From Malassezia furfur (Eukaryota): a stretch of 64,000 bases of DNA. Position 1 is the stretch's first letter. Each line of letters begins with the position of its first letter. Below are positions 57,201 to 64,000 of this stretch, piece by piece. Where the stretch lies: assembly GCA_052055015.1 (NCBI GenBank), contig JBQJIT010000007.1; one strand, given 5' to 3'. Below the pieces are notes generated by a model that saw nothing but the letters and a program-made list of their open reading frames with translations, was not told where the DNA came from and did no database searches. A program made the position numbers and the translations under genes.

Positions 57201-58235
57201 CGCAACGTCAACATCGGTGTTCGCATGGGCCTCTCACGCACACAGCACAGCATCGTCGCGAGCCTTGCAGTGCTGGCCATCGTCTATCTCTACGCCAGCA
57301 CCAAGGTCTACGAGCGGCCGCAAAACGAGCAGTACACGCGCGTGACACGCGGCCTGTACTTTGCCCTCTTCCTTGCGTCGCTGGTGTACGGCATCCGCTT
57401 TGCCTACATTCAGTACGAGGTCTTTCAGGTGGTGCTGGCATGGGAGGTCGTGCATCGCCTGTATGCGCTACACACGCGCCCGGCACCGGTGCAGGCCACA
57501 CAGGAGGAGCGCGAGATTTTCGTGCTCGAGCCACTGCACCTGGCCCTGCCCCGTGCATTGCAGGAAGCAGGTACTGTGCCAAACGAGCAGGCCTCTGAGC
57601 CTGTTAGCACCACCCCGATGCCCACGGATGACACCGAGCGGTGCGCACTGCAGGAGCAGCTTGAACAAACTCTGGAAACCTACCTCGCGACGCTCGAGGT
57701 GTACATGGACGTGCGCACGCGCACCGCCGCGGCCCTCGCCGCCGGATTCGTCCAACTCGCGCGCGCCAAGTTTGTGCTGGGTGGTGCATTTGGACAGCGC
57801 GTCAGCCAGGATGCCTACGATGCACGGATGAAGGCGTCGGTGCGGTGGGTTGACGGCCGACTGCAGCGGACGGATCCCTCGGCATCCCCGGCCCAGCTCT
57901 TGGAGTCCGCCGGTGCCAAGGATGAGCGCTCCGCGGGACTGCGGCGCCGCACTGCCAGCAAGGACTTGTCCGGCCAAACGGCCGAAAACGACACCGAAAA
58001 GAGCCAAGACAACCCCGCGCCACACGGCTTCGACGCGTTGTACCAGTTCAGCGGCCTCCCTCCGCCTGCCCTGCGCGCGTCACAGCAACACTTCCGCGAC
58101 GCCCTTGCAATGCTGCTGGATGCACAGGGAATTACAAAACCGGGCGCAGATGAGCACGCCGTGTTGCCACTGCAGCGCCGTCTCCAAGCTCTCGAAGCGC
58201 AAATTACCGAGTATCGCAAGGCTCTACGTACATAG
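54237..58235 (+). CDS. BST1: GPI inositol-deacylase Bst1/PGAP1; the ORF continues in frame into a Vma22/CCDC115-like domain
   Basis: Motifs GCRMAYM, LFIPGNAGSYGQVRS, GHSMGG and DHLAVVWCDQL, then a multi-TM region; no stop codon before 58233. Confidence 0.88.
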   Translation: MARSGAMGTAPVLLMLTSAVLLCYALLSFLALPRLLDLQPGCRMAYMRPSYVSHNAALRMHSRSSSPMMHKYSLLEYREGGVKHGIGRRSAMPALFIPGNAGSYGQVRSLASSGANQYYRSNVPASGPGRDDPTDEWKEAPGPIDWYALDFNEDFSAFHGQTLRDQAFFVNEAIHYLRSLYPGQDDQMLRGEEKNVTVALVGHSMGGIVARLTQRLPNYVPRSVDTIVTLSTPHAFPPVPFDRSVERVYNMVNDKWTLPEEEPLLLSIAGGVLDTQLSSDASSLSLAHIQAPVAQLSTFTTALAMLWSSVDHLAVVWCDQLRYKIARGLLLDYRFFGKESERRAEPLVRIERREMWRKLLGVSNDAASPEERHMEAQVAQQGPMRLRDLSPSMGRDTEGKEGVLMHQPGAELHAVLTSPGPRATHDWRVQPDETLSFELLTNLCVGTSANRGAPVQQDIELVTQVCFRSILPSNPTQLKKAYCQVVLPNAYETLPASPPPRDPSIDSGPFPNASLLYEVPSTSIKRLHFSADYLRENHVTFIRLERSLNAAMYSGDHTLHRQTLLTSGWVEEEAIPLRGVPWLGRRAWELPGTDVTKLLSFFTSDGHGPRWQWLWPDVDSSLVAYDLELEPAPCALRFNYTMAPRTAPMLRVSNRATRDARTYPSLDVLSTVRVPVALHGSAPFMPRAARTQRGTLLELWVPDDFRGTVFTSTYGRTCPLPYRRVQLRVNWRSSAALLVLRYRFALLIWPVAVLAAAHALFFTGTHAMPIDALCALTTRRTFGMLLGAPLLLQVVARIAEALHLPGHWYAAGIGTTDARFALLGPVLMLVAYGMTLVVALLTELGLHLAYVGLARFVPRWVSSWAVSSALPEKSLPSRTEMVQWATQRRTLLSAGLLVSCWVLLPYQVLILACFLVHCATLLSSYIACQEAEHQPRRIEEWEARVAPHETQQVRTIRALQTRYAQHSWLHLFLVWMLPLHLPALVVWVRNVNIGVRMGLSRTQHSIVASLAVLAIVYLYASTKVYERPQNEQYTRVTRGLYFALFLASLVYGIRFAYIQYEVFQVVLAWEVVHRLYALHTRPAPVQATQEEREIFVLEPLHLALPRALQEAGTVPNEQASEPVSTTPMPTDDTERCALQEQLEQTLETYLATLEVYMDVRTRTAAALAAGFVQLARAKFVLGGAFGQRVSQDAYDARMKASVRWVDGRLQRTDPSASPAQLLESAGAKDERSAGLRRRTASKDLSGQTAENDTEKSQDNPAPHGFDALYQFSGLPPPALRASQQHFRDALAMLLDAQGITKPGADEHAVLPLQRRLQALEAQITEYRKALRT
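57618..58235 (+). CDS. V-ATPase assembly factor Vma22/CCDC115-like (fused domain or separately initiated gene)
   Basis: From ATG 57618: YLATLEVY...AGFVQLARAKF...YDARMKA...ALYQFSGLPPPALRASQQHF plus a terminal coiled coil, matching the recalled CCDC115 pattern. Confidence 0.78.
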   Translation: MPTDDTERCALQEQLEQTLETYLATLEVYMDVRTRTAAALAAGFVQLARAKFVLGGAFGQRVSQDAYDARMKASVRWVDGRLQRTDPSASPAQLLESAGAKDERSAGLRRRTASKDLSGQTAENDTEKSQDNPAPHGFDALYQFSGLPPPALRASQQHFRDALAMLLDAQGITKPGADEHAVLPLQRRLQALEAQITEYRKALRT

Positions 58236-58253
58236 AACGAATGCTCGGACGAT

Positions 58254-58691
58254 TTACTCGTCCGTCTTGCGCATCTTGTGCGGGTCGGCCTTTTCTTCTT
58301 CATCTTCGTCATCATCATCGTCCTCATCGTCGTCCTCGTCGTCCTCATCAACTTTCCGCTTGTGGCCATGCTCGCTGCGTCAATCGAAACACGTACGCTT
58401 CGGCCTCATCGTCTTCGTCGTCGTCGTCCTCTTCGTCCTCTTCATCTTCGTCCTCTTCCTCTTCGTCCTCCTCATCATCGGTCTCCTCTTCCACCTAGGT
58501 CAGAGTAGCACACGTACGAAATCCTCGTCTTCCTCCTCGTTGTACTCATCCTCCTCGTCTTCCTCGTTGGTGGGCTGCTCGTCCGTCGCACGCGCTTTTC
58601 CAGACTTCACCTCCGAGACGGTCGTCTCATTCTCAGGGACTTCCGTCGATGATGCAGCAGCTTTGCCTTTCTCAACGGGATCCGCGCTCAT
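58254..58691 (-). CDS. Small, highly acidic (D/E-rich) protein with basic NLS-like patches
   Basis: Three exons joined by 23-nt (58517-58495) and 22-nt (58396-58375) introns; KRK and KMRK patches; stop at 58256-58254. Confidence 0.72.
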
Positions 58692-59155
58692 GTTGGGCAA
58701 TCGAGTACGGGAGTATGCGCTGCACCACCCGATCGACGCGCTTGGGTCCGTGCGGGCTTGCTTACATACGCACATTCTCGTGCTCGAGTCGATAGGGAGA
58801 GTGGGGTGGGGCGCGAGTGAATAGGTCCAACGCTCTCGTAATGGCAGCACGCAAGGGCTCATCCTTCTTGTGTTCGACATAGAACACTGTGCATCGATTG
58901 ACTGTGAACGCTTGCCGAATGATGTCATGGCCCTTTACCGCACACCGACCAGGCTTGTCTCTCACGCACCAGCCACCGAGTCGCCCTAATCTCCCACTAT
59001 GATCGTGGCCCACTGCCAACAACACCATTCAAGCTCGTAGATCGCATTAGCACTTCAGCCGGATTTGTACCATAGTGCCAGCGCTTTGGTCGTCGACTTT
59101 CCTCGCCAAGCTATTACCAGCTGAGCTCCACTGTGGAAATTTGGTCTAATTTTGG

Positions 59156-61107
59156 CTACTCCGACTTTTGCCCTTCGCGGTACTGGGTCAGTCATACAAC
59201 GCACCTTGGAGAACTTGGAGAGAAGATAGCGAATTGAGCGTGTGACACCAGCCGTAAACAAGCCTTTGAGCGACTGAATCTCTGCAGGCTTTTTCACCGT
59301 CGTAGCAATGAGCTCCATCAGCACCTCTTTGAAATTGTCCTGTTGCACGACTGCGAGCCAAAACCGCGTAATGAGCGGTGGCAGCTGGTCCTCGTTCGAG
59401 GTAGCCCCTGATGCAAGGTTTTCAATCTTGGCTTCTTCTTCACTCAAATCGTGGCTCTGAGGAAGTGTCTGCGGGGTCGTTGCGCTTCGATCAAACGCTT
59501 CCACTCCCATTTCAGCCAGCTCTTTAAACAAGGGGTGCTCCGACGGCGTCGAAAGGTAGTGCTTGATGATGCGCTTGCGAAGGGTCTTGGGAAGGTTGGA
59601 TGCGATGGAGGCGCGCATGCTGGGCGCGACGTTTTGCTGGGTCAATGCAGACTGCGTACCTTAAACTGGAGCCATTCCTTGTCCGGATTTGATTCCACCG
59701 TCACGAATCGGAAGCGCGTAATCAAATCCGCACACATGAAACGGAACCAAGTGTGCTGGTTTTCCACAATGTTGCGGATCTTGTTCTTGTTCTCACCACC
59801 CGGAACACGCATGCGGAAGTCGCCCATGTAACTCAGCGATGCCATTTTGGTGTACAGCTCTCGCTCACTGAAGCGCTCGGGCAGCAGCAGAAACGACACA
59901 CGCAGAGCAGACGCCAAGTTGGCCTGTTCCGCGAGCGGCACACGACCTTCTGTGGAGTCAAACAGAGTCGCGACCGGTTTCTGCATACGCCCGCTCAGGT
60001 ACAGGCTGTCCCACTGGAGGAGATCCTTGCACATCCGATCCACAGACACGACACCGTACTTAACAATCTGCGTGAGGCCTTGCAACATACCTTGTCTTCC
60101 ACCTTCACATAGGGGATGTACCACACACCGGCCCCCATGTTTTGCACCCGCCGAAGCACCCACCACGGCGCCACACGTACCCACCATGGATAGTGCGAGG
60201 GGTTGTTGATTATATTCCGGCTGTGCCAATGCACAGGATTCTGCACAGAAATGACCATGTCGATCATGGGCGGCGTTCCGTTCGGCTGACGCTTGGCCGT
60301 CGCGGTCTGGCTGAACACACCCGAACCATAGGCAAATGCATGCAAAAATTGCGGTAGATTCATCAAGTTGAGCAAGTGCAAAAGCTTTTGGCGGTGGTGT
60401 GCCTCGGATTTGGTGAGGCGATCAATGTGAGGCACCGTCGTCGGCAGAACAAACGATGCGGGGTATCGATTGAAGCCCCGCCTCCGAGCTGCAGCATCAT
60501 TCTCTTGGTCTGCTTCGCGCTCCGCCAGCGCATCCTCGCGGAAATCGTCGCGCATTTTGTCTTGGTCACTTTCGCCGCTCTTCTCGTAGTCGGCAGGGTT
60601 GTATCCACGCTTCTCAGCTGCGGCCAGGTCTTTTGCATCGGCTTCGTATTCAGCGGCTGCATCCTGTTGAAAGTCTTTGCGAACAGCCTCCTCACTGGGA
60701 CGCTTCTTGTAGTCATCTGGTTTGTACCCTCGTCGTTCCGCGGCGTCGACGTTCTGTGCATCGGCCACGCGCTCCGCCGAAGCTTCCTCACGGAAGGTTA
60801 GTCGCTCGTTGAGCTCGTCGCCGTCCTGAGAATTGTACTTGGAGGGATCAAACCCCCGTTTCTCGGCCTCCTTTTCGTCCTTGGCATCGGCCTCACGCTC
60901 GGCCAAGCCGTCCTCGCGGAACTGCTGCCGAGCGTGTCCGGACTTATTCGGCAGCACGGATGAGGAGGTCAGCAGTCGGTGCGCCGCCCAGCAAGAAGGT
61001 GCTAGGACTCGCGCATGACTTCCATGGATCCCAGGTGCTCGTGCCCAAGCATGGCTACGGGTTGCGGAGCTGACCGCCCGCATGCATTGCACTGTTGCCC
61101 ACGTCAT
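59156..61107 (-). CDS. TAM41: Mitochondrial phosphatidate cytidylyltransferase Tam41/Mmp37
   Basis: Motifs AFAYGSGVFSQ, MIDM, KYGVVS, LYLSGRMQKPV, LSYMGDFRM and ENKNKIRNIV; introns 60090-60068, 59659-59637 and 59204-59183. Confidence 0.92.
60461..60921 (-). repeat. Four tandem 41-43-aa protein repeats in the TAM41 N-terminal region
   Basis: Units start at 60921, 60795, 60672 and 60543; consensus F[RQ][EQ][DE]xxAExxADxx[DN]xxxAx[KR]RG[FY]. Confidence 0.9.
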
Positions 61108-61178
61108 GGTATTCCCGGTACAGTTCGGTCCGCTAAGTGGAGGTGGGGACTTCCGGGTATGCACTATGTGGAGAAAAA

Positions 61179-62844
61179 TTACGCGGTCTTGGCACCGCGG
61201 CTCGCCAGGCGTTCGTCGAGCACGCCCTGGTTTTGCAGATGGGCCATGAACCCGCCCACTAGGTGCAGACTGCCTGCCACAAAGACGTTTGGAGTATTGT
61301 GCAAATCTTTGACGGCGCGCATGACATGCTCAATGCTCGGCATCACTTGCAAAACCGACGACTCACCGATGCTCACCGACAATTGACCAGCTGCCGGCTC
61401 AGGAAGCTGCAACAATGAGCACCAGGCGCGAAGTAGCTCCTGCTGTAGCTTCATGCTTTCCAAGTCTTTGCTGTCCACGGCGCGCGATACCAAGTCTGGG
61501 TCAGTTTCCTTACGTACCGCTTGCAGAGCCACCGTCCGCAAAAGTATTGTTGGTGCAGAAGTAGACACGCGAAAAGAAGGTAGCGGTGTCGACTTTGGCA
61601 ACTCTGTGCTCCAGTTCCTTGATCAGTGCACCCAACAACGTGGCGCCGGACCGCATATTGGTGCAGTTAAACACAAGCACGCGCTTCTCCGGCGCGTCGA
61701 GCACCTGATCGAGGTACCATCGCACACAGAACTGAATACTTTCGATCGTATGCGCACCGTCGAGAAAGTATGTCGCACCGGCGGTTTCGGACGCTGGTAC
61801 CACTTGACAGCGGCCGGGCCAGAAGGCCGTCTCAAGTGCCTTGATCGCCTTGTTCGACAGCTGGCTGTCGTTGGTCTGCAACGCTTCGACTGCGCCCGGC
61901 ACCACAGTTTTCCCAGCCTCCGATTCGGCAAAGGCACGGACTAATGCGAGGGCAAGGCTTGCATTGGTGCGCTGGTGTATGCCAGGCAGACCAAGCGCGA
62001 CCGACTTTAAGCACGCAAGTTCGGGGACAACCTCAAATTTCGACACACACACTTTCTCGGCATACGCACGCATGGCAGCCAACGCATTCTCCGGTTGTTC
62101 GGTGGTCAGGGCCGGCACACCGCTTTTGAAAATACCGGCCTTTTGTACGGCGATCTCTTCGATGGTATTACCGAGAATGGCGGTATGATCCAGTCCCAAA
62201 GGCGTCACACCCGTCACTACAGGGTGGCGCACGATATTGGTGGAGTCGTACATTCCGCCAATCCCCACCTCGAGCAGTGTCGCAGCAACACGCTCGGTAA
62301 TGAAGACGTGGAATGCCAGCAGGGTCATGAAACGAAAGTAGACAGGCCGGAGTGGGGTCACCTCAAGCTTGCGCTTGGAGTTGCTCTCCAAGCGGTCCCA
62401 GACCTCCCAGAAATAACGAGCAAAGTCGTCTTCTGACAGTGGCACACCATCGATGCGGATGCGCTCGCGCGCGGCGACCATGTGAGGCGAGGTATACAGG
62501 CCGATCTTGTGTTTCTCGTTTGTGCGGAACTCGCGAAGGAGCGAATCACAAAAGGAACCAGTGGATCCTTTTCCCTTCGTGCCGGTGATGTGCACGACGT
62601 TGATCTGGTCGAGCTCATTGCGGTGGTGGCCGATGCGCTCCAAGTACTCGGTCATCTCTGGCTCATTGAGCTCATTTACCGTCTTTCCGCTCTTGCGTAT
62701 CGCTTCAATTGTTGCTGCATTCGACTGAAGCGAGTTGAGCGCGTCAACTGCTTCTGCATAGCCACGGCGTGCGCTGCTCATGGATGCGTATCCCCTGCGA
62801 AGCCACAGCACTCCACACCTGGCCCAAGCTGCGCCGATGCGCAT
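61179..62844 (-). CDS. MET7: Folylpolyglutamate synthase
   Basis: Motifs HITGTKGKGS, YTSPH, EVGIGG, WPGRCQ, LDGAHT and GSLHLVGG; 22-nt intron 61517-61496. Confidence 0.95.
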
Positions 62845-62881
62845 GGCACGCCGGCGGTGGACCCTGCGTTTGGACCAAATG

Positions 62882-62890
62882 ATGACTCAT
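62882..62890. promoter_or_regulatory. Perfect Gcn4/CpcA site ATGACTCAT next to CACGTG in the MET7/RPL6 divergent promoter
   Basis: Motif match only; ~40 nt upstream of the first FPGS ATG. Confidence 0.35.
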
Positions 62891-63055
62891 CCCACGTGGT
62901 CTCGGCCGGGTCACTATCTAGTTTTACACAGTGCACGTGATATCATGGATGGGGGTCGCCGCCAGTTCTTCGGACGCGCTCAGGGAAAGCAGTGGAGCCG
63001 CTGCGGCCGATTTCTGCTCTTAACCATCAAGGCCAACTGAGTGGATTCACTTTTG

Positions 63056-63185
63056 GTACGTGTGCAATTGCGCGAAGGCGCGCGCGATACATCCTTTGCG
63101 TGGGAACATCATTGTTCTACGTGCTGGCTGTTTCAAAGCCCGCTTTTCGTCGCGACCTGAGAGCCCAGATACTAACACTGAACAG
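63056..63185 (+). other. 5'-UTR intron of RPL6 (130 nt)
   Basis: GTACGT donor, TACTAAC branch and CAG acceptor 6 nt before the ATG; no in-frame ATG upstream. Confidence 0.75.
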
Positions 63186-63191
63186 CCAACC

Positions 63192-63905
63192 ATGGCCCGC
63201 AACAGCACGATTAGCCCCTACGTTGGCCGTCTCGGTCGCAGCAAGCTCTACTCGAAGAAGGGTGGTTACAAGCACGCCGAGCGCAAGCCCGTTGCCAAGG
63301 CTGCTGAGGAGCCCGCTGCCACCAAGGAGAAGACGGTTGGCGGTGCCAAGAACGCTGGCAAGCGTGTGGTGCCGACCAGCAAGGCGCAGCGCTTCTACCC
63401 GGCCGATGACGTGCGTGCCAAGAAGGTGAACCGCAAGACGCCCAAGCCTACCAAGCTGCGCGAGAGCATCACCCCCGGTACGGTGCTGATCCTCCTTGCC
63501 GGCCGCTTCCGTGGCAAGCGCGTGGTGTTCCTGAAGCAGCTCGAGAGCGGTCTGCTGCTGGTTACGGGCCCCTTCAAGCTGAACGGTGTTCCTCTCCGCC
63601 GTGTCAACCAGGCGTACGTGATCGCCACCAGCACCAAGGTCGACCTGAGCAACGTCCAGGTTGATGCCAAGCTTGACGACGCATACTTCCGCCGCGAGAA
63701 GGCTGCGAAGACCAAGGCGGAGGCCTCGTTCTTCGCTGACCCCGCCAACAAGGCCCCGCTGCCGGAGAACAAGGTGGCGGACCAGAAGGCGATCGACAAG
63801 GAGGTCGTTGCTTCGGTCAAGAAGCAGGGCCCGATCCTTGCCAAATACCTGGCTGCTACCTTCTCCCTCTCCAAGGGCGACAAGCCGCACGCCCTCCGCT
63901 TCTAA
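63192..63905 (+). CDS. RPL6: 60S ribosomal protein L6 (eL6)
   Basis: Motifs [29 protein letters not shown] and [24 protein letters not shown]; strong codon bias. Confidence 0.97.
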   Translation: MARNSTISPYVGRLGRSKLYSKKGGYKHAERKPVAKAAEEPAATKEKTVGGAKNAGKRVVPTSKAQRFYPADDVRAKKVNRKTPKPTKLRESITPGTVLILLAGRFRGKRVVFLKQLESGLLLVTGPFKLNGVPLRRVNQAYVIATSTKVDLSNVQVDAKLDDAYFRREKAAKTKAEASFFADPANKAPLPENKVADQKAIDKEVVASVKKQGPILAKYLAATFSLSKGDKPHALRF

Positions 63906-64000
63906 GCGAGTATGCTGCAAGTGATGTCCACCTCGCGATTTGTATTTGAATCGCACGGTACGGTGCTGCACCCGCTCGGTCTGGATGCACCGCGTATGTA

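Noticed and set aside
58254..58691. Calling the acidic protein Chz1
   Set aside because: It lacks the conserved CHZ motif.

Overview
This is a very gene-dense, GC-rich fungal nuclear window. Its compactness and protein families suggest a basidiomycete yeast of the Ustilaginomycotina, Malassezia-like; that taxon is inferred, not proven. I can support about 43 protein-coding genes, mostly conserved housekeeping genes: iron-type GATA factor, FES1, CDC16, MutY, APS3, ARL2, cyt b5-acyl-CoA dehydrogenase, HPC2, YRA1-like, BiP, PEX10, RAS, YND1, SEC6, TMA46, MIM1, ADE2, choline oxidase, ARF1, borealin/Nbl1, RPA49, NDUFAF7, eIF3e, RPL36, pICln, calcipressin, YSC84, BST1, TAM41, FPGS and RPL6. I found no tRNA, rRNA, transposon or CRISPR. 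Five observations stand out. (1) Many GT-AG introns are only 22-26 nt long and restore conserved reading frames. (2) One stop-free ORF joins the GPI deacylase Bst1/PGAP1 to a Vma22/CCDC115-like V-ATPase assembly factor. (3) TAM41 carries a 4x ~42-aa tandem repeat that I do not recognise. (4) Convergent genes abut or overlap at their stop codons, including a pair sharing a 10-bp palindrome. (5) An ATG-only first exon creates a predicted myristoylated microprotein. Gene models and intron boundaries were derived by hand from sequence and need RNA-seq confirmation.
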